Positions 1 through 8,157 of a stretch of DNA of 64,000 nt are shown here, one piece after another; positions within the stretch are counted from its first letter, which is position 1, and each line of letters starts with the position of its first letter. This DNA comes from Dehalococcoidia bacterium (lineage in GTDB: Bacteria > Chloroflexota > Dehalococcoidia > Bin125): the NCBI GenBank assembly GCA_965203165.1, contig OZ241849.1:367583-431582 (forward strand), in the 5' to 3' direction. Below the pieces are notes generated by a model. That model searched no databases and was not told where the DNA came from. It saw nothing but the letters and a program-made list of their open reading frames with translations. Both the position numbers and the translations under genes were made by a program.

Positions 1-387
1 GTGATCGCGCCCAGCAATCCGTTTCTTTCGATTGACCCGCTGCTTGCCGTCCGCGGCGTCCGCGAGGCGGTGAGCGAATCCAGCGCGCCGGTCGTCGCGA
101 TCAGTCCGATCATCGGCGGCGCGGCGGTCAAGGGGCCGGCGGCCGAGATTCTGGCCAGTCTGGGGCACGATGTGTCGGCGATCGGCGTCGCGCGGCTCTA
201 TGCGAAGCTGGCCGATGTGTTCATCATCGACGAGCAGGACGCCGCGCTCACCGGCCGAATTGAAGCGGAGACCTCGCTGCGCTGCCTCGCCGTGCCCACG
301 CTGATGAGCGGTCCCGCCGAAAAGCGCGCGCTGGCCCGCGCCGCCCTGCAGGCCGCGCAAGATGCCGCCCGGCGGGACGCGCGATGA
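1..387 (+). CDS. cofD: 2-phospho-L-lactate transferase (F420 biosynthesis), 5'-truncated by window edge
   Basis: APSNPFLSIDP and SPIIGGAAVKGPA motifs typical of the CofD C-terminal half; overlaps cofC start. Confidence 0.85.
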   Translation: MIAPSNPFLSIDPLLAVRGVREAVSESSAPVVAISPIIGGAAVKGPAAEILASLGHDVSAIGVARLYAKLADVFIIDEQDAALTGRIEAETSLRCLAVPTLMSGPAEKRALARAALQAAQDAARRDAR

Positions 388-1058
388 CGCTCGCGGTCGA
401 GGGCGAAATCGTCGCGCTGGTGCCGGTGCGCGGTCTGCCCGCCGGCAAGCGGCGGCTCGCCGCCGCGCTCAGTGTCGAGCAGCGCAACTCGCTGGTCCGC
501 GCGATGCTCGACGATGTCGTCGCGGCGCTCTTGCAGGCCGAGCTGGTCGACCGAGTCGCGATTTGCAGCCGCGACGCCGCAGCGCACGAGGAGGCCGACC
601 GACTCGGCGTCGACTTTCTCGACCAGGCCGATCAGCGGCCCGGCTACAACGGGGCGGTGGCGCGCGCGCAGGCGGACCTGGCGGACGCCGCGGCGCTGCT
701 GGTCGCGCCCGCCGATGTGCCGCTGATCACGCCCGACGCCGTCGACCTGCTGATCGCTTCCGCGCCCGAGGGCGAGGCGGTGGTGGTCGCGCCGGCGCAC
801 AACGGCGGCACTAACGGTCTGTTTCTGTGCCCACCGGGCGTCATTCGGCCCGCGTTCGGCCCGTCGTCGGCGCGCGCGCACGCCCAGGCCGCCGCCGCCG
901 CGGGCGCAGCTGGCGTGCCCTTCCGCGAGGCGCGGATCGATGTCTGGGCGTACGACGTCGATACGCCCGCCGACCTGGATCTCCTGGAGGCCGTGCTGCC
1001 CGAGCTCCCCGAAGCGATCGCGCCCAACACGCGCGCCTGGCTCAATCAGCAGCGCTAA
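384..1058 (+). CDS. cofC: 2-phospho-L-lactate/PEP guanylyltransferase
   Basis: VPVR..GKRRL, AMLDDV, PADVP, GGTNGL, FGPSS, DVDTPADL motifs; adjacent to cofD. Confidence 0.88.
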   Translation: MTLAVEGEIVALVPVRGLPAGKRRLAAALSVEQRNSLVRAMLDDVVAALLQAELVDRVAICSRDAAAHEEADRLGVDFLDQADQRPGYNGAVARAQADLADAAALLVAPADVPLITPDAVDLLIASAPEGEAVVVAPAHNGGTNGLFLCPPGVIRPAFGPSSARAHAQAAAAAGAAGVPFREARIDVWAYDVDTPADLDLLEAVLPELPEAIAPNTRAWLNQQR

Positions 1059-1103
1059 ATTGACTACCATTGGAGTCGAGCGAGCCCGCAAGGAGACGCG
1101 CCG

Positions 1104-1406
1104 ATGACGACCCAGCACTCCACCGTCGCCAGCGATCCCGGGGCGAAGCCCCCGCCCGAAACGCCCGAGGAGCGGGCGGCGGCTGTGCGAGCGCACCGGC
1201 AGGCGTACGACAACATGGAGTACCTGCTCGAGATTCTTGATGACTTGGAGCGCGAGCACCCGGGACGGCTCGTGTTGGTCTACGGCGACCGTCAGGTCCT
1301 GATCGGCGATGACGGCTACGCGATGAAGCAATCACTGTCCGACGCGGATCGCAAGGGGACGGCGTTCCTGCCTATCGGCCCGTGGACTGAGTACGAGGCT
1401 CGGTAG
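1104..1406 (+). CDS. small DUF5678-like protein, array copy A1
   Basis: AGGAG RBS; LEREHPGRLVLVYGDRQVLIGDD resembles the DUF5678 pattern; four paralogs follow. Confidence 0.6.
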   Translation: MTTQHSTVASDPGAKPPPETPEERAAAVRAHRQAYDNMEYLLEILDDLEREHPGRLVLVYGDRQVLIGDDGYAMKQSLSDADRKGTAFLPIGPWTEYEAR

Positions 1407-1410
1407 CGCT

Positions 1411-1878
1411 TTGCAATTTCGCGGCGTAATCCGGCCATCGCGGAGGCTACCGCACGGGATCGTCAGCGGCGGCGCTCCCCTGCTAAAGGTTCAATTGGCC
1501 GTCGCAGGGCGCCGGGATGATATCTGGTTCCTAATCGGTGCCGATGCCACTGTGCTGCATCCCGCCGACGCTCAATCGTTGCTCGCCGGCGATCTTCAGA
1601 GGATCGATTTTGGGCGTGATCCTTACCGTGTCGCGGGCTTTGGCGTCGGCGGCGGGGCTGATCGAGTGGTTCGCGACGCGACGCTGACACTGCGTTCGGT
1701 GGACGACGAACTCTACGCAGTGGAGATGCCCATCCTGATTGCGCGGCCGACACCGGCGGAGCCGGGCGATCATGGCAACTGGCGGTTGCCCAGCCTGCTG
1801 GGGCGCGACTTTCTGCGGCACTTCCGTTTCGAGCTGTTCTGCGGCGAGCGCCGCGAGGCCACCATCGAGACGCTCTAG
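1411..1878 (+). CDS. retropepsin-like (clan AA) aspartic protease P1, catalytic DT dipeptide deleted
   Basis: LLGRDFLRHF motif present; FLI-GADAT versus FLIDTGADAT in paralogs. Confidence 0.7.
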   Translation: MQFRGVIRPSRRLPHGIVSGGAPLLKVQLAVAGRRDDIWFLIGADATVLHPADAQSLLAGDLQRIDFGRDPYRVAGFGVGGGADRVVRDATLTLRSVDDELYAVEMPILIARPTPAEPGDHGNWRLPSLLGRDFLRHFRFELFCGERREATIETL

Positions 1879-1945
1879 AGTGGGGAGCGGTGGTCTGATC
1901 GGTCGGGTATCCTGAAGGTGCTCAGCCGCAGCAAGGAGACGCGCA

Positions 1946-2266
1946 GTGACGACGGAGTCCTCAACGTTCACAAGCGATCCGTGGGCCAAGCCCGTGCCGC
2001 CCCCGCCCGAAACGCCCGAGGAGCGGGCGGCGGCTGCGCGCGCGCATCGGCAGGCATACGACAACATGGAGTATCTCGACGAAATCTTCGACGACCTACT
2101 GCGAGAACATCCCGGCCGGCTCGCGCTGGTCTACGGCGATCGTCAGCTCCTGATCGGCGACGACGGCTACGCGATGAAGCAATCGCTGACCCAAGAAGAG
2201 CGACCGACGGCGACGCTCCAGCGAATCACGAAGTGGTGGATCCGGCATTGCGGCGAGCCCGAGTAA
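1946..2266 (+). CDS. small DUF5678-like protein, array copy A2
   Basis: paralog of A1; GTG start with AAGGAG RBS. Confidence 0.6.
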   Translation: MTTESSTFTSDPWAKPVPPPPETPEERAAAARAHRQAYDNMEYLDEIFDDLLREHPGRLALVYGDRQLLIGDDGYAMKQSLTQEERPTATLQRITKWWIRHCGEPE

Positions 2267-2270
2267 CGCC

Positions 2271-2744
2271 GTGCGGTTTCGCGGCTACGTTCATCCGATC
2301 CGCACCCTTCCGCACTCGGTCATCAGCGGCGGCGCGCCGCTGATCAAGGTCAGCCTGGCGCTGCAAGACCGCAGCGATGATGTCCGGTTTCTCATCGACA
2401 GCGGTTCCGACGCGACGATTCTGCACCCCACCGATGCGCAATCCCTCCTCGGCGATGATCTACACAGGATTGACTTTGAGCGCGACCCGCGTCGCATCGC
2501 GGGCATGGGCGTTGGCGGCGCCGCCGATCGGGTGGTTCGCGACGCGACGCTCACGCTGCGCTCGGTGGCCGGCGAAACCTACCCGATGGAGATGCCGATT
2601 CTGATTGCGCGCCCGATGCCGGCAGAGCCGGGCGACCACGGCAACTGGCGGTTGCCCAGCTTGCTGGGGCGCGACTTTCTGCGGCACTTCCGCTTTGAGC
2701 TGTTCTGCGGCGAGCGCCGCGAGGCGGCGCTGGAGACACTCTGA
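2271..2744 (+). CDS. retropepsin-like aspartic protease P2
   Basis: FLIDSGSDAT catalytic motif and LLGRDFL. Confidence 0.8.
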   Translation: MRFRGYVHPIRTLPHSVISGGAPLIKVSLALQDRSDDVRFLIDSGSDATILHPTDAQSLLGDDLHRIDFERDPRRIAGMGVGGAADRVVRDATLTLRSVAGETYPMEMPILIARPMPAEPGDHGNWRLPSLLGRDFLRHFRFELFCGERREAALETL

Positions 2745-2802
2745 TCGGCGTGCGTCAGAGCGAGTATCGTAGAGGCATCCACCCGCAGCGAGGAGGCGCG
2801 CG

Positions 2803-3123
2803 ATGACGACGGAATCCGCAACGTTCGCGGGCGACCCGTGGGCGAAACCAGCTTCGCGCCCGACCGAGACGCCGGAGGAACGGGCGCGAGCGGGCCGTGC
2901 GCTTCTACAGGCATACGACAACATGGAGTATCTCGACGAAATCTTCGATGATCTGCTCAAAGAGCATCGTGGCCGCATCGCGCTGGTCTACGGCGATCGT
3001 CAGCTTCTGATCGGCGACGACGACTATGTGATGGAGCAGTCGCTGACCGAAGAGGAGCGGGAAACGGCGACGCTGCAGCTGATTACGGAGTGGTGGATCA
3101 GGCACTGCGGCGAGCCCGAGTAG
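2803..3123 (+). CDS. small DUF5678-like protein, array copy A3
   Basis: paralog of A1/A2; AGGAGG RBS. Confidence 0.6.
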   Translation: MTTESATFAGDPWAKPASRPTETPEERARAGRALLQAYDNMEYLDEIFDDLLKEHRGRIALVYGDRQLLIGDDDYVMEQSLTEEERETATLQLITEWWIRHCGEPE

Positions 3124-3127
3124 CGCC

Positions 3128-3601
3128 GTGCGGTTTCGCGGCTACGTTCATCCGCTCCGCACCCTTCCGCACTCGGTCGTCAGCGGCGGCGCCGCTCGGA
3201 TTCGGATCACGCTGATGTTGCAAGGCCGCAGCAGGGACATCCGTTTTCTGATCGACACGGGCGCAGACGCGACAGTCTTACACCCGCGCGACGCATATCG
3301 CCTCCTTGGCGGCGATCTACACAGGATCGATTTTGGGCGCGATTCTTACCGTGTCGCCGGGCTAGGCGTCGGCGGCGGCGTTGATCGGGTGGTTCGCGAT
3401 GCGACGCTGACGCTACGTTCGGTGGACGACGAGACCTACCCGATGGAGATGCCGATTCTGATTGCGCGGCCGACGCCGACGGAGCCGGGCGACCATGGCA
3501 ACTGGCGGTTGCCCAGCCTGCTGGGGCGCGACTTCCTACGGCACTTCCGTTTCGAGCTGTTCTGCGGCGAGCGCCGCGAGGCGGTGCTGGAGACGCTTTG
3601 A
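3128..3601 (+). CDS. retropepsin-like aspartic protease P3
   Basis: FLIDTGADAT and LLGRDFL. Confidence 0.8.
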   Translation: MRFRGYVHPLRTLPHSVVSGGAARIRITLMLQGRSRDIRFLIDTGADATVLHPRDAYRLLGGDLHRIDFGRDSYRVAGLGVGGGVDRVVRDATLTLRSVDDETYPMEMPILIARPTPTEPGDHGNWRLPSLLGRDFLRHFRFELFCGERREAVLETL

Positions 3602-3658
3602 TCGGCGCGCATCGGAGCAGGTATCGTAGAGGCATCAGCCACAGCGAGGAGGCGCGCG

Positions 3659-3973
3659 ATGACGACGGAATCCGCAACGTTCGCGGGCGACCCGTGGGCG
3701 AAACCAGCACCGCGCCCGGCCGAGACGCCGGAGGAGCGCAAGGAGGCCGGCCGACGCCAGCGGCAGGCGTACGACAACCTGAGGTACATGGACGAGATCT
3801 TTGACGACCTGCTCAAGGAGCACCGCGGCCGGCTGGTGGCGGTCTACGGCGATCACCAGGTGCTGGTTGGCGACGACGGCTACGAGATGGAGCAGTCGCT
3901 GACGCAGGAGGAGCGGGATACAGCCGTGTTCATGCCCATCTCGAAGTGGTGGCTCCGCTACGGCGAGGAGTAG
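3659..3973 (+). CDS. small DUF5678-like protein, array copy A4 (no protease follows)
   Basis: paralog; AGGAGG RBS; next gene is another small-gene copy. Confidence 0.6.
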   Translation: MTTESATFAGDPWAKPAPRPAETPEERKEAGRRQRQAYDNLRYMDEIFDDLLKEHRGRLVAVYGDHQVLVGDDGYEMEQSLTQEERDTAVFMPISKWWLRYGEE

Positions 3974-4031
3974 AGCAGCGTGCGACGGAGCGGGTATCGT
4001 AGAGGCATCAGCCACAGCGAGGAGGCGCGCG

Positions 4032-4337
4032 ATGACGACGGAGTCTTCAACGTTCGCGGGCGATCCATGGGCGAAGCCAGCGCTGCGCCCGGCCGAGACG
4101 CCGGAGGAGACCGCGCGCATCACTCGCCGCGCGCGAAAGAACATGGCGCACCTCGACGAAATCTTCGACGACCTGCTTGAGCAGCATCGCGGACGGCTCG
4201 TCATCGTCTACGGTGATTGCCAGGTGCTGATCGGCGACGACGGCTACGAGATGAAGCAATCGCTCACCGAAGACGAGCGCAAGGGCTACGTGTTCCTGCC
4301 GATCTCGCCCTGGTGGATCCGGTACGGCGCGGAGTAG
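4032..4337 (+). CDS. small DUF5678-like protein, array copy A5
   Basis: paralog; AGGAGG RBS. Confidence 0.6.
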   Translation: MTTESSTFAGDPWAKPALRPAETPEETARITRRARKNMAHLDEIFDDLLEQHRGRLVIVYGDCQVLIGDDGYEMKQSLTEDERKGYVFLPISPWWIRYGAE

Positions 4338-4340
4338 GCC

Positions 4341-4814
4341 GTGCGGTTTCAGGGTGATGTTCTTCCGACCCGGACCCTTCGACACTCAATGATCAGCGGC
4401 GGCGCGCCTCTGATTCAGATCGCCGTGGCGCTGGAAGATCGCAGCGATGATATCTGGTTTCTGATTGATACTGGCGCAGATGCCACGGTCTTGCATCCCG
4501 CGGATGCTCAATCGCTGCTCGGCGATGGTTTGCACAGGATCGATTTTGGGAGCGATCCCTATCGCGCCGCAGGTCTGGGCGTCGGCGGCGGCGTGGAGCG
4601 CGTCGTTCGCGATGCCACTCTCACGCTGCGCTCGGTGGACGACGAGACCTACCCGATGGAAATGCCGATTCTGATTGCGCGGCCGATGCCGGCGGAGCCG
4701 GGCGACCACGGCAACTGGCGGCTGCCCAGCCTGTTGGGGCGCGACTTTCTGCGGCACTTCCGCTTTGAGCTGCTCTGCGGCGAGCGTCGCGAGGCGGCGC
4801 TGGAGACGCTCTGA
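4341..4814 (+). CDS. retropepsin-like aspartic protease P4
   Basis: FLIDTGADAT and LLGRDFL. Confidence 0.8.
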   Translation: MRFQGDVLPTRTLRHSMISGGAPLIQIAVALEDRSDDIWFLIDTGADATVLHPADAQSLLGDGLHRIDFGSDPYRAAGLGVGGGVERVVRDATLTLRSVDDETYPMEMPILIARPMPAEPGDHGNWRLPSLLGRDFLRHFRFELLCGERREAALETL

Positions 4815-4824
4815 GGCTGTCGCG

Positions 4825-5991
4825 CTAGATGCGCGGTAGGCCCAGGCCGCGCTGTGCCATGATGTTGCGCTGCAGCTCGTTTGCGCCTGCGCCGAAGGTC
4901 GGCATTACGGCGGCCATGTAGCCGTTTGACGCGCTGCCGTCGATCGGCGCGCGGGGGTCGCCCGGCTCGAGCTGGCCGTAGAGACCCATCGCGTGCAGCG
5001 AGAAGTTTTGCAGCCGCTGCATCATCTCGGTGCTGAACACCTTGACCTGGCTCGCCTCGTAGTTGGGGCTCTCGTCGCGCTTCAGCATGTCCAGGATGCG
5101 GTAGGAGAGGTGCTGCAACACCTCGATTTCGATCCGGTAGTTGGCCAGCCCATTGCGGATGCCCTCGTCCTCGATCGCGCGGCCGGCCGGGCCGGCGGTG
5201 CGCGCCCACCCGATCAGCTGATCGTAGACCGCGCGCACGCCGGACACCGTGAAGATCGAGATCCGCTCGCGATCCAGCGCGTGCGCCGCGTAGTACCAAC
5301 CGCGGTTCTCCTCGCCGACCAGCGCCTCGGTCGGCACCCGCACATCCTCGAAGTAGACCTCGTTGGTGCGGTAGCCGGGCATCGTCCAGATCGGCTTGAC
5401 GGTGATTCCGCTCGACTTCAGGTCGACCAGCATCATCGAGACGCCGCGGTGCTTGGGCGCGTCGGGATCCGTCCGCGTCGCGAGCCAGACGTACTCCGAG
5501 CGATGCGCGCCCGAGGTGAAGCGCTTCGTGCCGTTGAGGATGTAGTCGTCGCCGTCCTTGACCGCGCGCAGCTGCAGCGAGGCCAGGTCGCTGCCCGCGT
5601 CGGGCTCGGTGTAGCCCAGCGCGAACTCGACCTCGCCGCGGGCGATCGGCGGCAGGAAGCGATCGCGCTGTTCGTCGGTGCCGAAGCGCATCAGCGTCGG
5701 GCCGACCTGCTGCGTGGCGACGGTCGCCTGCGGCGCGCCGACGTAGTTCATCGCCTCCCAGAAGAGGTACTGCTCCTCAAGCGAGCGTTCCTGCCCGCCG
5801 TATTCGGCCGGCCAGGACATCGTCAGCCAGCCGCGCTCCGCGAGCAGCTGGCGGAAAGCCCGCTCATCCTCGAATGTCTCAGTCTGCGGATCGCCGATCC
5901 TGGCCCGCAGCTCGGGCGTCCATTCGGCGTTGAGAAAGTCCTTGACTTCCGCCTCGAAGGCGAGAGCCTGCTCGCTGAAGTGGTATTCCAT
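4825..5991 (-). CDS. acyl-CoA dehydrogenase family protein
   Basis: YTEPDAGSDLASL, NGTKRFTS, GEENRGW, GANELQRNI; start reassigned to MEYHF at 5991. Confidence 0.92.
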   Translation of the reverse strand: MEYHFSEQALAFEAEVKDFLNAEWTPELRARIGDPQTETFEDERAFRQLLAERGWLTMSWPAEYGGQERSLEEQYLFWEAMNYVGAPQATVATQQVGPTLMRFGTDEQRDRFLPPIARGEVEFALGYTEPDAGSDLASLQLRAVKDGDDYILNGTKRFTSGAHRSEYVWLATRTDPDAPKHRGVSMMLVDLKSSGITVKPIWTMPGYRTNEVYFEDVRVPTEALVGEENRGWYYAAHALDRERISIFTVSGVRAVYDQLIGWARTAGPAGRAIEDEGIRNGLANYRIEIEVLQHLSYRILDMLKRDESPNYEASQVKVFSTEMMQRLQNFSLHAMGLYGQLEPGDPRAPIDGSASNGYMAAVMPTFGAGANELQRNIMAQRGLGLPRI

Positions 5992-6019
5992 TGTTCCGCT
6001 CCATCGGATTGGCCCGTGC

Positions 6020-7444
6020 TCAGGCGGGCCCCGGCTTGTTCGGCGCGACACGCGCAATGTACGACACGACCGCGGCATTGAGTCCGTTGGTGAGTCCGTT
6101 GGGCGCGGCGGCGGCCCGGCTGGGCGCTTCGGGCGGCGGCGGAGCAGTCGCGGCGGGTGTGGGCGGGTGCTGCGGCACGCGCGCGCGCAGGATCACCGGG
6201 CGCAGCACGATCAGCCCCGCCAGGACGGCCAGCACGACCCAGGACATCGGCGGGAAGAGCGTCTCCATCGTCAGCCACTCCGCCACCATGCCCAGCGGCA
6301 GCGCGACCAGCTGCGCCATGCCCATGCCCAGGAAGACCAGCCCCATCACTCGCCCGCGCATCTCGTTGGGCGCCACGTAGGCGATGATCGCCGCCGAGGA
6401 GACCATCGCCATCGACATCCCGGTGCCGAGCAGGTAGTTGCCCAGGATCGCGTTGAGCGCGGTGGGCATCAGCGTGAAAACGACGAAGCCCAGCGCCATC
6501 ACGATCACGCCCGACGCGGTGAGCAGTCCTTTGCGCTCGATCCAGGAGAAGCGCACCAGCACCGCCGAGGCGAGCATCGCGCCCAGACCCCAGAACACGG
6601 CGATGAAGCTGAACTGCGACCAGGTCGCGCCGACCACCGTCGTCACCCAGTGCGGGCCGAGCGAGCCGGTCGGCGGCATGATCAGCGTCATCATCAGGAT
6701 CACCGCGGCGACGGTCCAGAGGATCACCGGCTGCGACGCGGTGTAGCGCAGCCCGGCGGCGATGTCGCGGAAGGCCTGCCCCGCGCCGCCCCGCTGCGAC
6801 GCGCGATGCGCCGCCGAGAAGACCGTGCGGTAGGACATCATCGCCAGAATCAGGATCTCGCCGAAATGCCCGAACGAGGAGATCGCGTAGACCGTGCCGT
6901 GCCCGAGATAGTCGATCAGCAGTCCGGAGGCGATGATCGCGATTGGCATGGCCAGCGACATCGCGGCCGAGTTGAGCGCGATCCCGGCCGGCGTCAGCCG
7001 CGGCCCGAGGATTTCCGGAGCGATCGCGTTGCGCGTCGGCCCGTCGATGGCGTGCGCCGCGGAGGCAAGCGCGGTGAAGCCGAAGAACAGCGCGACGGCG
7101 TAGATATCCGACGCGCCCAGCCACATCATCACGGCGATTGCCAGGTTGGCGGTGAAGGCCAGCGCCTGAGTCGCCATCAGCAGGCGGCGGCGGTCGAAGC
7201 GATCGGCCAGCGCGCCGCCGAACAGCCCGAAGCCGACCATTCCGAGGCCGCGAATTGTGCTGATCGCGGCGATCATCACCGTCTCGTTTTCGTCGGCGAT
7301 CATCTGGATCCAGGCGATCGCGGTGACGAATTGGAGCGGCATCATGCTCTGGCCGACGATGAAGCCGCCCAGCAGCAGGCGGAATTCGCGCAGCCGCAGC
7401 GGCTCCAGCATCCCAGGACGCGAGGTGGGCGGCGCGGCGCTCAT
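6020..7444 (-). CDS. MFS transporter
   Basis: GGALADRFDRRRLL motif A; multiple hydrophobic helices. Confidence 0.88.
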   Translation of the reverse strand: MSAAPPTSRPGMLEPLRLREFRLLLGGFIVGQSMMPLQFVTAIAWIQMIADENETVMIAAISTIRGLGMVGFGLFGGALADRFDRRRLLMATQALAFTANLAIAVMMWLGASDIYAVALFFGFTALASAAHAIDGPTRNAIAPEILGPRLTPAGIALNSAAMSLAMPIAIIASGLLIDYLGHGTVYAISSFGHFGEILILAMMSYRTVFSAAHRASQRGGAGQAFRDIAAGLRYTASQPVILWTVAAVILMMTLIMPPTGSLGPHWVTTVVGATWSQFSFIAVFWGLGAMLASAVLVRFSWIERKGLLTASGVIVMALGFVVFTLMPTALNAILGNYLLGTGMSMAMVSSAAIIAYVAPNEMRGRVMGLVFLGMGMAQLVALPLGMVAEWLTMETLFPPMSWVVLAVLAGLIVLRPVILRARVPQHPPTPAATAPPPPEAPSRAAAAPNGLTNGLNAAVVSYIARVAPNKPGPA

Positions 7445-8157
7445 ACGGGCTCGCCTTCCGGCGCGTCTTGCTGCATGTCTTGCTGCGGGTCGGCATCCGC
7501 CGCGGGGCTTGGCTCGAGCCGCGCTTCGAGCACGGTGTGGCGCGGACCCTGGTGCGCCTTGTGCGCGTCGCCGAAGATCAGCTCGAGCCGCCGGGCGACA
7601 TAACGCCGCAAGCCATTCACGACCACCAGCACCAGCGCGCCGCCCTCGGCCAGATGATCGCGCGCCTCCAGCAGAATTTCATCCAGCGCGTCGTTGCCCG
7701 CCTGCGCCGGCAGATTGGCGGCGATCAGGTCGTAGGTCTCGTCGCCAAGCTCGCGCAGACCGGGGCTGAGCAGCGCGCGGGCGTTGGACAGACCGTTGGC
7801 CGCGATGTTCGCACAGGCCGACTCCACCGCGCGGATGTCGCTGTCGACCAGTGTGACCCGCGCTTTAGGCCAGCGGGCGGCCAGGGCCAGCCCGATCGCC
7901 CCGTAGCCGCAGCCCAGATCGAGCGCCCGCGCCTGCGGCGGGACCGCCCCCAGCTCGCGCAGCAGCAGCGCGGTGCCGCCGTCGATCGAGCGGGCCGAGA
8001 ACAGTCCGTGGCGCGTCTCCAATGTCAACATCCGCCCGCCGGCGTCGAGCGTCACGATCGGCTGGCGCGCCAGCGAACGGCGCAGCTCGGCGAGCGGATC
8101 GCCGCGAGCATCGCCGCGCCGCTTGCCCGCTTCCGGAGCGCCCGCCGCGTCGCTCAT
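7441..8157 (-). CDS. class I SAM-dependent methyltransferase (RsmC/MTS-like)
   Basis: GLFS..IDGGT, LDLGCGYGAIG, ANLP; ATGA overlaps at both ends. Confidence 0.8.
   Translation of the reverse strand: MSDAAGAPEAGKRRGDARGDPLAELRRSLARQPIVTLDAGGRMLTLETRHGLFSARSIDGGTALLLRELGAVPPQARALDLGCGYGAIGLALAARWPKARVTLVDSDIRAVESACANIAANGLSNARALLSPGLRELGDETYDLIAANLPAQAGNDALDEILLEARDHLAEGGALVLVVVNGLRRYVARRLELIFGDAHKAHQGPRHTVLEARLEPSPAADADPQQDMQQDAPEGEPV

Noticed and set aside
1104-4814. Integron cassette array or retroelement
   Set aside because: No intI, no recognisable attC structure and no reverse transcriptase; the units are paralogs of one another
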